Notes under the pieces: generated by a model
Databases searched by the model: none
Told to the model about the DNA's origin: nothing
What the model saw: the letters and a program-made list of their open reading frames with translations, nothing else
Program-made: the position numbers and the translations under genes
In this document: in pieces, positions 27,630 through 41,900 of the stretch
Position numbering within the stretch: position 1 is the first letter of the stretch
Layout: the number at the start of each line of letters is the position of its first letter
DNA from: Cycas panzhihuaensis
Lineage: Eukaryota > Plantae > Cycadophyta
Direction of reading: 5' to 3'
DNA length: 64,000 nucleotides
Assembly (NCBI GenBank): GCA_023213395.1
Contig: CM041465.1
Coordinates: 73,353,741-73,417,740, forward strand

Positions 27630-30500
27630 CACCGTTTTTTACTATAATTTTGAAATTGAATTCTTTGAACAACATAAGCCACCTGTTGATTCTTCCTTGA
27701 ACTATAAGCTTATTGATTAAATACTGAAGGGCCTAATGATTTACAAAAAAAACAAATAGATTAGCTAATAAATAATGTTTAAATTTTTAGAGAGCATATA
27801 CCATGCCCAAGCCTTCCCGTTCTATCACAGAGTAATTTTTCTCTGCCTTTGTTAGTTTTTGACTTGCAAAATAAATTGGCAAGTCTGTTTTATCATCTTC
27901 TGGCTGTGTCAATACACATCCAATAGCAAATAAGAAGACATCCACATGCACATGAAAGCACTTACCCCAATCCGGAAATCTAAGAATTGGTGCTTGGGCT
28001 ATCTTTCTTTTCAACAATTCAAACAACAATTGCTGCTATAACTTCCATTGCCATTTTGTTTTCTTTTTTAATAGGATTTCTAGGGGATTAACTATCTGAG
28101 CATAATTTTTTATGAATTTACAATAGTACCCTGTCATTCCTAAAAATGCTTTAACTTGCCTCTATGTCTTTGGTATTGGAAAATTTAAAGTTACTGCTAT
28201 TTTGTTGGGATCTATGAGTAATCCATTCTTCGTCACTACATGACCTAATAAGGTCCTAAATGGTACCATAAAGACGCATTTTGCAGGATTTAAATATAAT
28301 TTATTCCCTCTACATATTTCAAGCATCAATTGCAAACAACCAAGATGATCTTTCAATAAAGTAAACAATGTCCAATTGTCCAGAAATACCTCAATTATTT
28401 TTTCTATTGTCCATTTGAAAATATTAAGGATTACTCTCTGAAATGTAGCAGGGGCATTCGTCAATCTGAATGGCATTGCTCTGGATGCATATGTGCCCCA
28501 TTCTATTACAAAGGTCATCTTTAATTGGTCCTCCAATGCAATTCGAACATGATTATACCTGTTGAATCCATTTGTTGATGAGTAAACTTCATGTCCTATC
28601 ACTTTTTCCAAAATATCCTCCGTGAAGGGAATTGCAAGTAAATCTTTTTTTGTTGCCTTGTTTAAGGCTCTGTAGTCGACACAAATTCTGAGCTTCCCAT
28701 TTTTCTTAGGAATGACTATGATAGGACTTACCCATTCACTATTTTAAACTTCAATAATATAATCTGTTTCTAATAGCTTGTCAAGCTCACCTTTGACTTT
28801 CTCCTTGTATTTTGGGTTCATGTGGTATGGTCGTTGCCTCACTAGTTTAGCTTCCTCTACTAATTCAATCTTATGTTCACCCAAGTAAAGTGGAATGCTT
28901 TTTAAATCCTTATAGGACCAGGCAAATACATCCTTATATTCTAAAAATAATGAGGTAACTTGCTGCACCATTTCCTTATCCCAATAATCTCCCATAATGA
29001 TCATTTGAGGTTGCTCTTCTATCCCAATATTGATTTCCCTTGTCTTCAATTTTTCTCCTTGCATTGCTTTACCATCTGGACTTAATGTATAAGCCAGCGT
29101 GATATCTATGGTATGTTCTCCATATTCTAGTGCAGAATAACTGTGAGGAATGATTTGTGTTTCTTGCAAAATGTTCCCTTCCTCTTTAGCCTCAATCTGA
29201 AAACAATGCTTTTCCTTTTCCAGAATTCTTTCCTTTAATTTTTGCAAAATTCCTTCAATGTGTTCATTTTGACTACAATATGTAAAAGTCTGATAAAAAT
29301 TTTCTACTATCGCATCCCACTCTATCAATTTCGTTTTTTCACAAGAGTTATACCAGATAGTGGAAATTCTTTTAAAAGTCGCCCCCAATATTGAGTCTAA
29401 TCTTTTTGGGGAATTTCCTTTGCTGTCCACTTCTGAACCCACTTTTGTACGTGTAGGTGGCGATCATCTCCATTCCAGAATAAAGGAACTTCGTGTTTTT
29501 GAAATCTAATCAAAAAATTTTTACTTATTTCTTGCTAGGAATTAAAATTTTATGCATATGCATCATACCAAAATTGAGCTTGTCCTATCAAAGAACAGGG
29601 AAATACAAGATACCATAATTTTTGTTGCCATTTATTCTTCATTATATTAATACATTATTCCAGATGATTTTCTGCTTGTTCTAAACAACCATTATATTTA
29701 GATAATTCACAAAATATGGAAGCAATTTTCTCTTATACATTCTTTTCTATTTGCGGTGACTCTAATTGTATTTTGTCCTCTCCCTCTTCTTCTGAAGAAT
29801 TTGTGCAAAATTCCAAATGATAGCATGAGGCTGTTTCTGTTTCTTCCTAAGCATTGTGAAGACAATTCAACATATAAGATGGTGAAGGGTTGTTTGGCAA
29901 CATGGGTTGTATTTGAAAAGTTGTTTTAGAACAAGGACTTACTGTGGATTTCGTGGTTGCTATTGTGGATGAAGCTCGACCTTCATCTTCAATCTTTTCT
30001 ATCTGCGGTCCATCTAAGTATAAGGGATCTCCTGTTGGAAGAGTGAATGTATGTCTCCTCCAATCTTGGATTGCCTTTATAGCAAATAGCCAAGGTCTTC
30101 CTAACAAGGTCGGATAAGTCTTTCTTTTATCTTGCATTCAAACTACTGCAAAATCTAATAATATAGTAACCTCTGCTATTGTTACTAGAACATTCAACAA
30201 TGTACCCATGGGCCTTACCTGTAATTGATTGGCTAATCTAATGGAATAATCTGGGGCAACCACATTTATCCTTCCCAAGGCTATCCATGAAGATTCAGGT
30301 AATACATTCACTCTCGAGCCCCTGTCCACAATAGTTCTATATAAGGTTGTTCCAAAAACCATCATTGGAACTTTGGGGTCTACTCCCATATCCTTTATAG
30401 CTCTAAGTATAGGTTTCTCAATTTGTTCCAATACTAGTTGTTGGAAGTGCCCTGCTTCTTACCATTTAAATACCACTGATATAGGAATTGATACTTCTAA
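27630..30500 (-). pseudogene. Gypsy pol remnant: protease, RT, RNase H (no integrase)
   Basis: Protease IVDRGSRVNVLP..YPTLLGRPWL; RT CVDYRALNKATKKD, MPFRLTNAPATFQR, VFLDNW; RNase H FHVHVD..EKNYSVIEREGLGMVYAL. Confidence 0.92.
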
Positions 30501-30797
30501 TTCAATAAGTATATCCTTTACAGTTTGCAACCGTTGCCAAGGATTCATACCTTCTTGTGATTGCGTCATTCTCCTTTTATAATGCAAGCCTTTAAATCTC
30601 TCTTGTGGTAACTCTTCCTGTTGAACTTCCCCCATGGCATCTTGAAGGATTTTCACTGCTTCCTGCAATTGTTGCTTCTCCAATATCAAATCTGGAGAGT
30701 TATCTTGAGGAGGAGGAGATCCCATTGATTTACCACTACGCATTTGCAAATATACTGACTTTTCTTGGTCCAAGACCACATCTACCAAATTTGCATT

Positions 30798-32010
30798 CTA
30801 AACTTTATTATTCTTTGGGTAATTTGCCCATTTGTGGTCTACCGGTCCACATTCTTCACAGATATATTCTCCTCCTTTCTTTTCTAATGGACACTCTGAT
30901 TTGTAATGTCCCCATATTTGACATAGAAAACAACAAATCGGCCTTGTTTTTCCTTTGTATTGTTTTGAAATTCCATGTTCAACTCTTTGTGAATATACAT
31001 TATAAACTTCACCTTCGTTGTTTTTAGGTCTGAAATAACATTCCCATGTATTATGGTTATTTTTCTGACAATAATCACACCATTTTGTCAATCCTCCATG
31101 CTCATTTTTTAGGTGCCCTTGTTGATTGCAAGGTGGGGGACACAAGATATTTTCCCTTGATTTTTCAAGTCGTAAATACGACAACTTTGTGTGTATCTTT
31201 TTCGGCTCCTAATTTCATTGCATATTGCTAGGGACAGAAACTGAAGGTTGCTGCTTTAATGCTTCCATCTCCTTCTTCAAAGCTTTGATTTTTGAGTTAG
31301 TACCCATCTGCGGCGTTTGTATAGGTTGTGTTGCAATGCCCGTTATCGAAAAATATGTTGAGGATTGCGTCGCCATCTGGGAGTAGGCTGATTTCATCTA
31401 ATTTTCGAACTTCAACACTAACCCCCTTACTTGTTCGTAATTGTTCATCGGATGCAACATCACTTTGTCTCTAAGCTGAGGTATTAATCCTTGTACGAAA
31501 TACTTCATTGCCAACATGGGATTAATTGCTACTGCAGATTGCATTTTGTTCATGATAACTCTTATTCTTCCATCAAAATCGTTGACAGACTCCCCAAGAT
31601 ATTGTCAGATCTCCTCCAATGCATGTAAAATGGCTATTGGATCTCTCAATTTTTGAAATCGATTCAAAAATTGCTCTTGTAATTGATCCTAATTCAATTG
31701 TTGTGCTACTATATATTGAAACCATGCAACTACTAGTCCTTTCAACGTTGAAAAGAATCGGGCTTTTATTTCTCCTTGATCCACAATTCTTTTTATTTGG
31801 ATCATGTTCTTAAATAATACCAGATGATCGCCTAGATCTGTGGTTCCAGCAAATTGGAGGCTCGAAAACATTGAATCACTTTGCACAATAATATACAGGG
31901 TTGTGCTTACTTGATTTCCTCCACTTGATACCCCACTTTGTCCTCTTGCAATTTGTGCATTATTAGATGTTGTGCCTCCTATACTACTACCTAGACTCGC
32001 CATTGGTAGT
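30798..32010 (-). pseudogene. Gypsy gag remnant (capsid plus three Cys/His knuckles)
   Basis: FAGTTDLGDHL..FFSTLKGLVVAWF; knuckles CDYCQKNNHNTWEC, CFLCQIWGHYKSEC and CEECGPVDH. Confidence 0.85.
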
Positions 32011-32920
32011 TTGAAAAGGGGATTTATTATATGGCTTGGAGTTCGAATTTCTAACAAATGATGATTCCAAACTTGTTCTGCTACACTATATATTCCCAAA
32101 TCAATGGAATTTTCTTCTGGCGTTAATGTTTCCTCTTTCTACAGATTTTCGTCTTCCACAAAATCTTGATGACTATTTCCTTCAACACACATTGCTTGTA
32201 CTTCTTTTACGGGATCCTCTTCTATTGCACACCCCTGGTTAGTTCCTTCTTTTTCTTGCATCTCGACTATGCCTAGATTTTGCTCCTTCACTTCATCCTT
32301 ATTTCTTGACTTTCTCCTCTCTATTGTGTGTGCAGATGGTCACCTCTTCACTTGCTTTCTTGGTGTGACTACGAATACGGGTCTACGTATTTTGGTTTGG
32401 ATTCTTTCTCCTTCCCAACGTTCTCCTTGATCGCGACGTGATTCAACTTCTACTCTGGGTGGCATAGAAAAGGATCCAAGATTTTTTTACTTGATCCCAC
32501 CCATCGTCATCGTCCCTGGTTTAAATTGGCAACAGAACCAATGTGTGCTTCTACCTATCGACATGCATGAGTAGGCATAAGAGCAACAATGGTACAAAGT
32601 CATTCACTCAAGCGTTCAGACGACAATGATTGTATAAGGCCAAAACCCATATTCATTCCATTATGACGGGTTGCTTTGGTCCTCTTACAAACAGAGACAA
32701 TCCAGAAAGTACACACAGTAACTAGAACAATTACAACAAGTACGAATATATAGGTAAACTACATTCCGCACATCAGTAACAAAAATCCTCCTTACCCTCG
32801 AATGCCCTTTTACATTTATATTTTATCTTTTGTAACTGCGGCTTGAGTTGGTTACAATTGCTCTTTGACAATTCAATTATATTAATCAAGTTGCAACTAA
32901 TTCGATGCACATAGATACCA

Positions 32921-33284
32921 TGTTAAATAACAACAAAAGAAGAAGTCAAAACAGAACACTTTGAATTGAATTTCAATCCATTGATCTAAAATGAGAAAAT
33001 ACATGTATTGATACTAAAGAGAACCACCTAAATCACCAATAAAAAAGCATAGCCTAAATAACCAATAAAAACCATAACTCATTATAGAAATTCAAAATAT
33101 ATAATGTAACATTATCTCTAAAAATTCCCATCAAGCAAAATAGTTTATACAAGCTCAACTCTAAGATAAATTCCCTAATCTACACCACAAGATAATAAGG
33201 AACCATTTCTCTTCAAGGGGGAACAAATAATCAAAATCAATGTTACTCATCCAAATCAAGTCCAAATGACCTGGCATTTTAACA
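32921..33284 (-). mobile_element. 5' LTR of an older element (probably the Copia of 20738-24753) whose Met PBS was split by the Gypsy insertion
   Basis: Termini tgttaaa and tttaaca. The reconstructed empty site gctttgatac-ca-tgttaaa is a reverse-complement Met PBS abutting the LTR. Confidence 0.7.
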
Positions 33285-34054
33285 CAAGGTGTAAAATATA
33301 TGGGCAAGCATGCTTGCAAAATTTTATTTGATTTGAATTAGTTTTGGTAGGTCCAATCTAGGTTTATTTAGATTTTCAATCTAAAATTTTCATCTTGATT
33401 TCTTATGTTATAGAGTTTCAGTTCTAAATTACAACAAACAGGTTTAAAATTTCAAAAGGTGTACCAAATCAAAGTTGCAAATATTCTTCTAGGATTTTCA
33501 TCAATATTAAGAACTTATGAAACAAAATTAGGGGATAAATTCTATGGTCAAAACCCTATCTAAATGTCATTTGATGACATAAGAAGCATGCCATGTGGAC
33601 AATGGAAAATGACAAAAATCTTGTAAATGACTAAATGAGTGACTATGCTTATAATTTTTGGATATATAACATCTTTATGTAGGGAGTTGTAACATTCCCA
33701 CATAAGAGACGAGCTTTTGGAAAAAGCGAACATCTTTTCTCTTTTCCACTTTCCAAATGCAAGTTTTGTAGAAGCAAAATTAGTGGCTTCTCAACCTCAA
33801 CCACTAACATGGTAAGACCCAATATCTGCTAGAGGATCATTGCAAGTTCTCACCCACTTGAAGGATATTTCACCATCTCTAGTTTGTAATTCCAACACAT
33901 ATTTTTAATGTATGCACATTTTCATGTAAATTTATGTCCAAATTCATGAATTGTCTATTGTTTTCTTTGTTGCAAAGTGATGCCATATGCTTGCTTGGAC
34001 CAAACTTCAGATTTCTCCATTATTAACCCGGACCTTTTTCATATTTTTGATTAG

Positions 34055-34577
34055 TGTTGATTAAATGGTTATGGATTCCTCTAGGAAGAAAGGGATGGAG
34101 GGGTTCCACAATGCAACGACGCTATTTGGCAACCATACGTACAAACATCTAACTACTAATAGAGAAGAAGCAATTAACAAATACAATCCTTTATGTATAT
34201 TAATTTACCACCAATATATTCTCTGATTATTATATTAGAATATGGTACAATACCAAGTACAAAATGTACCACAGTAGATAATCATCTAATACTAATTCTA
34301 CATCCAAATTAAGTGCCATGACTTGTAACATAGAAAGTAGTTCCTAATCTTGACACCTGGCCCCCTCTTCCAAAATGTGCTTGACTCCTCTTAATATACC
34401 ACATGTGGTGACCTATTGTAATGGCCTTTTACAACTAATCATCTGTTACACAATAAGTAAAACATTAATAACATAACATCCTTGTTACATGGTATCTCAT
34501 CACTTATAAACATAATATGATCATAACACCCTACCATCCATAACAAAATGTGTTCCAACATCTATCCCCCTTTTTTA
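34055..34577 (-). mobile_element. 3' LTR (34055-34560) and PPT of an old minus-strand element whose body continues to ~50390, interrupted by the Copia nest
   Basis: Termini tgttg and caaca followed by tctatcccccttttt; coiled-coil-like decayed ORF at 34690-35210. Confidence 0.6.
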
Positions 34578-37500
34578 GCCTTGAACATCCCATTGAGGAA
34601 TGTATACAAAAGTGATTTGGTGTAGTTGTGGATATGGTTTGGTAGCGATAGATGAGGGACCTAATTTATGAGTCAGAGTTGTAGTCATTGGCTACTGGAT
34701 CCAAGCCTACTTTTCTTTACCATCTTCAAATTTCCTTACTAACCACCCATACACATTGTAGTACTTGTTCATGGCATAATTTATCTTCTTGCAATTCTTT
34801 TGATAAAATGTCAATTTGTTTGTGGGACTTATGCAGTTCTCTTTCAAGTCTAATGATCTTTTATTTATAGATCATTTTTTGTTCATGCATTTTCTAACTT
34901 TGTTGCCTCAATTGGTTACACTCTTCATCTTTAGTCATGAGTTCTTCTTTTGCTTCCTTATGTTACTTTTGAAGTTCTCCACACTTCACACTATGTGTGG
35001 CCAACAGATTGTCAACATATTTGGATTGGTAAGAAATGATTTTGATGAACATTGAATGGACAATCATCAACGACAAGCAACGTATGGCAGTGAGCAACAC
35101 CTTCCTAATTTGTGGCAAGAGGTTACGCTTAATAATGATAATAATAATCAACCCCATGTATTTGATCAACTCTGCCCACAAGTGTTGATCGACTTGTGTG
35201 TTAATCAATTCTTCGTGTTTTCAATCACCAAGAAATAACCTAGGATAAATAATGAACGACCAATAAGGCTCTCTTTGTCTAATTAGCGAAGTGGAATTGA
35301 TTAGTGAGATGAATTTGTGATGATCAACTCTTTAATCACCTCTTCGATTTTCTCTAATTGATAAGGTGATTTTGATCGACGGGATGAATTTGTGATCAGC
35401 TCTCTGTGTGATCTACAAGAAATGACCTAATGACAATTGGCCAATAAGAATTGACTTTGATATGATCAACTAAGATAGATGATGATCGACCAATGAGAAA
35501 TAACCCTAAGACAAATGAAAATCGACAAATATTGAGCATTGATTGGCTTGGATAATGACGATCGACCATAACAATAAGAGCAATGATAGTTGACTTAGAT
35601 GAAGAACAACTTAGTCACAATGAGGATTGGTGAATATGATTTTGACATCTATTAAGCTGGTGGAGGTCAATCGGTTAAGTTAGGTTTGTGGATAGACTGA
35701 CCACCATCCACCACTTGATCTCGATCAATCTATCGATCAAGTGGTATTATTATTTTATTTAACTTTCTTTCTATATTTTTATCTTATTATATTTTATTTT
35801 TTATTTTTTAAAAATACATCTATATAATTCAAAATTTTAATATCATTCATGATTGGTTTGTATGATTGGTCCCCTCCTCCTTTTTCTCTCTATCTTTGTT
35901 TTGTATTTGCCTCAATGAGTCATGTTGTATTTTATTAATTGCCCATTGATTGTTAAACCTTATGTTTACATGTTAAGATATTGTACTTTAATTTTCATGT
36001 AATATGTGTACTTTTTACTTTAGGGGTGACTTATCACTTAAGTGATAAAGTGCACACCCACATTCTTTCTAGTGACACAACGTTGCCACTAAAGGGTCAA
36101 ATGGACCCTCATGCATTTTTGCTCACATGAGAGCCCAAAAGGACACATGTCCAACATGCAAGGCATGTATCTTAGATGTTTGACACTTGTCAAACATCCA
36201 AGGCCTTAGGTCTCTCATCTCACTCTATATAATGAGACCTCTTCTCATTGTCTCATAATAGAGTTGGAGCTATATTGTTATCTTTGTCGGTTGCTAATCA
36301 AACTGTTCATTCTTTGGAGGTTGGACCAATTCCAACTCCATATATTAGGTATCATTTTCTCTTGCTCCTTCATTTGTGCTTTGTCTCTTTGCTTCCTCTT
36401 TACCTTGAGATTATTTTACTTGTTTGTATTTATGCAACTAGAACTAGAGTGATCCTAATTTCTAGATCTTGGGACTGTTGAGGCCACCTAACCTCTTTTT
36501 ACATTTGGTATCAGAGCAAGAGGAGACTAGCTCCTTCTGTTCTGGTTTGCAGCTACTTAAGGAGATTTGGAGAAAGCCTACAAACACTTGGTGACGACCT
36601 TCGCACTCTGAAGGCGATCCAAGGTTTGTTTGAAGATTTTTCTTGCAGGTTCAAGACTTTACTGGAGTATTTTAGAAGGAAGAGCTTTACTCAAATCTGA
36701 AATTCTTTTTCAGATTTTTTTTACAAGATTTTTGAGCAAAGTACTCACGTTTTTCATGGTTTTTTCATTAAAAATCAAAATTTCTAAGTTATTTCTTCTC
36801 ATAGTTCAGGTGCTAGCATATTATGCAGCTCACTGAAACTCTTTAATGAAGTTTGTTTCAAGTTTTTAAACCTTTTGCAGGCAGTGAATTGTTTCTGGGC
36901 TATTTTCAGCCCTCAAACCCCTCTAAGGAACTCGAAACCCTTAGTGTTGTTTGTATTTAACCTATTTCTTGCTAGTCAAAATTAATAATCTAAAATTGAT
37001 CTGTGAAGATACTTAACAGTGCAGAGGAGTTTTTTCACTATTTTCAGTGAATTTTTTCATCAAAAACTAAGGTTTTTCACTCGTTTTACTCATACTAAGC
37101 TTGCTGTCCAAAATCGACCTCGCATACGGTGAAAGACAGTTCAAAGAAGAAATTCAGTGATTTGTTGCAAGGTTTTGAATCCCACACAGCCGTATGGATG
37201 CCAGTTTCTTCACACTGATAGAGGAGCCCTCCAAAAACTTCAGAAACTCAGTTCTCTCTCAATAAGCAGTCTTTGGCTCTAAAATTTCAAAGAGCACACT
37301 GTTCGGGTATTGCACCCCTGCTCCGAAAATTTCAACTAAAAATACGGAGAAACGACGGAGATCTCATGCGAAACTCCACCCATAGCCCATTTTTCTAATT
37401 GTTCGAAATCTCAAAATTTCGATTTTCTCTTTTAATTTTTTAAAAAATATCATTTGCAAAACTTTAGTATTTGAACTTTAAGTTATAAAAAGTGGAATAT

Positions 37501-38995
37501 TTCTTGAATATTCCCATTTTTATAACTTAAGTTACTTTAAAGTCATTTCTAAAGTCATTTAATCATTAAAAATCACTTTTTTAAAAGGGTATTTAGTGAT
37601 TTTTTATTTCTTGAATTCATTTAAGACTAAATCAAGTCTTTTCAAGTATATTTCTAAATTAAAAGTGATTTTCTTCTCTTTATTAAGTCAATTTTACAAA
37701 TCTAGGCACTTTGCATTGTGACCTTAGTTTAAATTTATTAAGAAAAAAATCACATTTTTTTGTATTTTTAAAGCTAAAAATCTTCTAAGTATTGAGTGAT
37801 TTCATTAAATCACCAATACTAATTTGAACTCACCTATTTGGAGACTCAAAAACACTTTTGCTTTAATGTTTTAAAAGGCTCCCTGCATGGTGTCCTTAGT
37901 GTTCAAGTTGCAAAAAAAAAAAAATAATTCAAATTTTAGCCTATGTTTTTGGCTCTTAAAAATTTTTGAACACTTAGTTAATTTTTGAACAAGTGTTAAT
38001 TGACTTTAAGTGAAGTGATTTTTTAAGTGTTTTTATATTGAAAAGTGATATTTATCACTAATTTTTAAAACACTTTTAAGGCACCTTGTATGGTGACCTA
38101 ATGCCCTTAGTCTCAAAGAGGGCTCAAAACATATTGTACTTAATAAAAATCACTTCTCCTTTTGATCATTGGGACTAATTTAAAGTCCCAATACTTAGTG
38201 CTTGATGTCCATTTTCATGCAAGTGGTTCTCTTACCTTCATTTTTTCAACATTAAAAGGAACCCACTTGTATCTTCATCACAAGTTTTGCTTTACTTCAT
38301 TTAGTACTTAAGTTTTTCTTTTTCAAAAAGTACATTGTAAAACTTATTATAATCAAGCATTTGGTTTCTTACTTGAATCAACAAAGCACTACATTTTCAT
38401 TAAAGTGCTCATTATAAAAACACTTCTAATATTTATATTGGTGTACTTACATTGCTTCCTCTTGAAGCCACTTTCATTGTAAAGCTTAAATCAAAGCATT
38501 TTTTGTAAGTACATTTTTCAAGCAAAAAGAAATCTAAGTTCACTTTAAAATCTGCTAAAAAGTGACTTAAAATCTTGTTGGAGAGGCCCGAAAAAGGTTC
38601 AAACCTTGCCTCTAAATTAACCTTAAGCTTAGTGCATTCCCTAGGGGACCAACCGACCGTACGGTCAGTGCACGACAATTAAAGTTACTTGACGGAAAGG
38701 AGGTTCGAAAAGGGTGTTATTGGGGCTATGAATCCCAGGGAAAGCATGGTATATCCATGCAGATCAACCCTATCTACCTTGTCCTAGATTTAACTTGGTT
38801 AACTATTGGATCTCCTCTATAAGATCAGAGTTAGACCAACTCCATAGCCTAGTCCTCTACCCCTCATCATTCCATTCAGTTGTTGGATCTTCTAGTAAGA
38901 TCAGGACTGTTGGTTTCGTTAGAAGGTGGAACTTAAGCGACGAAAGCTTTGAGTTTCCAAGTTATCTGCTAGCTTCAAGCCTTTATAACTGAAAC

Positions 38996-41900
38996 ATGAC
39001 TGCCATAAACATGCTAAATGCATGCACCATTCGGTTAACAGGACAAGATAATTATCAAGAATGGAAGAGACTCACTCAGAACTTGCTAATCATGAACAAA
39101 TTTTGGAGTTATGTTTCTAGGAGATTACCTCGACCAGCCACCTATTATCAATGGAAATGTTACTGTGCAACCTGATGATGCTTTGCTTGCTGCTTGGGAA
39201 GCCAAAGATGAAATCGCTTTGGCATTTCTTCACATGATTATTGATGTACATGTAGATCAGAATATTGCTTGTGCTAAAACTTTTAAGGAAGCTTGGGACA
39301 CTTTGTCCTCATTGTATGAAAGGCGAGATAAAGCTCACATTTTAATGGTTAAGGTAAAATTGTATTCTGTTAAGTTTGTCAAGCCCATGTCGGCTTTTCT
39401 TTCCTCCATCAAGGAGGTATGTAATGAACTGAATACACTTGGTAGTCCAGCTACAAGGGATGAATTGATCACATTCATCACCAAAGCCTTACCCAAGGAC
39501 TACAATGGCTTCATTTCGTCTACTACAAAAGATGGTTCTCTCAAAACTATGACATTCAACAAATTTGAAAGTCTGCTACTTCAAGAGGAACAAATCTACA
39601 CTAAGGATAATGAGGAAGAACCATCTACATCAAGTGCATTCATGGCCAATTCAAAGGCCAAACAGCAACCCAAACTTGTACTCTCAAAGCAGTTTGGGAA
39701 CATGAACATTGGGTCTTCAAGGACCAATGTTGTATGTCATTATTGTGGCAAACTTGGCCACATAGCACCTAATTGTCGAAAAAAGCAAGTAGATCTATGC
39801 CAATAGTAGCAACAGCCACGTCAGTAGTACCAGCGACAACAACAGCCACGTCGGTGATGCCGGCAAAGGTTTGATGCAACAACAACGATGTCAAGAACCC
39901 CTTGACCAAATCGAGGAGGTCAAAGAGGAAGGGGGGGTTTCAGAGGTGGCAATCAATGCCACTCTAATTAGTTTGCAGATGAAGACAAACTGTTTTATGC
40001 ATGTCAAACATCCAAGGTTGATAAAACTTGGATTATTGATTCTAGAGTTTCACAACACATGACTAGAAGTGAAGAGCTCCTTACCAATATCAAGGAAAGC
40101 AAAGGTCAATCAGTGACCTTTGGGAATAATCAATCTATCAAAATTTCTGGAGTAGGCATAATAACTCCATTTTCTTCTTCATCAAGTCCTTCCTTCTCAT
40201 TTCCCGATGGCAATGCCTATTTAATACCTTCAATGGACAAAAACCTACTATTTGTTAGCAAGTTGGATAAGCAACAGATAAGTGTATTATTCAGAAACAG
40301 GAAATGTATAATCAGTGACAAAGAAGACCAAGTAGTAGCTGTTGGCTATGAGGATCAAGGCCTCTACAAATTGGATGCAAATAATATAACACTTGATTCT
40401 GCTTACTTTGGTTCCATTGTCACTCCTTACTTGTCCAAGATGCAACTTTGGCATCAATGTCTAGGCCATTTGAGCTTAGACAATCTGAGGCAGATGATCA
40501 ACAAGAACATGGTACGTGGGCTTCCTAAGATTTATGGAACAAAATATCTTTGTGAAGCGTGCATTATGGGAACTCAGCATCGCTTACCTTTTCCTAAAGG
40601 CAAAGCATGGCGTGCATCACGTCCTCAGCAGCTAGTACATTCAGATTTGTGTGGACCTATGTCCACATCATCTTTTGGAGGAGCTTTATATTACATCTCC
40701 TTCATTGATGACTTTTCTCACAAAGTCTGGGTCAATTTCATCAAATACAAATCTGAAGCATTTTCCAAGTTCAAAAAATTCAAGCTTGAAGTGGAAAATG
40801 AGTCTAGCCATTCAATCAAAATATTAAGGACAGATAATGGAGGTGAATTTATATCAAATGAATTCACTCAATATTGCAAGGATAACGGCATTCAGAAACA
40901 ATTGACTATACCTCACACTCCTCAATAAAATGGAGTCTCCGAACGAATGAATAGAACTTTGGCCAATAAAGCCAATGCTATGATGCATGCACAAGGACTC
41001 ACTCGTGCTTACTGGGCAGAAGCATTTCACACAGCTGCCTATGTGGCCAATCGCAATCCTACTATAGCAATCATCAACATGACACCCGAGGAGGCATGGT
41101 CTGACAAAAAACCTACTATCAGCCATTTGAGGACTTTTGGGTGCACTGCTTATATGCACATTCCCGATTAGCAAAGGAAGAAATTAGACAAGCATAGTCT
41201 GAAATACATCTTTGTAGGATATGCCATTCACAGCAAAGCTTACAAGTTGTATGATCCTATAGGGAAGAAAATGTATCTCTTAAGAGATGTCATCTTTGTT
41301 GAAGAAGATCACAAGGAGGTGCAAACAGCATCCATACAACCTCCCGTTGACAAAGGCAAGAAGATTGTTGAGGCCTTCCTTCCCTCTTAATCTTCTACAC
41401 CATGTACATCATCTGCACCAGCTGGACTGTCTACTTCAACTGAATTTACTCCACTTGATCCAAGCACATCTTCTGTTGATCAACCACTCAGACCAGAAGA
41501 TCTTGAGGTTCAAGTAACTTCGATTCAAAAGTTACCCAAATGGTACACATAAACAGTTCAGGACGGTCACATCATTGAAGGAAAATATCCATCTAAATAT
41601 CGATAGCAAACCAATTATGCACTTATAGCTGAAGTGCTTTGTGTTGATGAGCCTTCCACTTTTGGGGAGGCTTCTAAAAATGAAAATTGGAAGGCTACCA
41701 TGGATGAAGAAATCCATTCTATTGAAAAGAATGGTACTTGGAATTTGGTTAAACTGCCTAAACACAAACAGGCAATCAGTTGTAAATGGGTCTACAAGAC
41801 CAAATTCCATTATGATGGTTCACTTAAAAGGCAGAAGGCCCGCCTTGTAGCAAAAGGATTTAAACAAAAAGAAGGCATAGATTATGAGGAAACTTTTGTA

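Larger units (their letters stand above)
24754..32913 (-). mobile_element. Non-chromoviral Ty3/Gypsy element, tRNA-Glu primed, integrase deleted, with a large extra 3' ORF
   Basis: LTRs at 24754-25125 and 32542-32913, perfect TSD gatac/gatac. PBS TGGTTCTGTTGCC (32528-32540) matches the plant tRNA-Glu 3' end with one C>T. PPT from 25126. Confidence 0.92.

Noticed and set aside
36248-36481. Duplicated ORFs at 36248-36481 and 43491-43724
   Set aside because: They fall inside the two LTRs of one Copia element, so the duplication reflects the LTRs.
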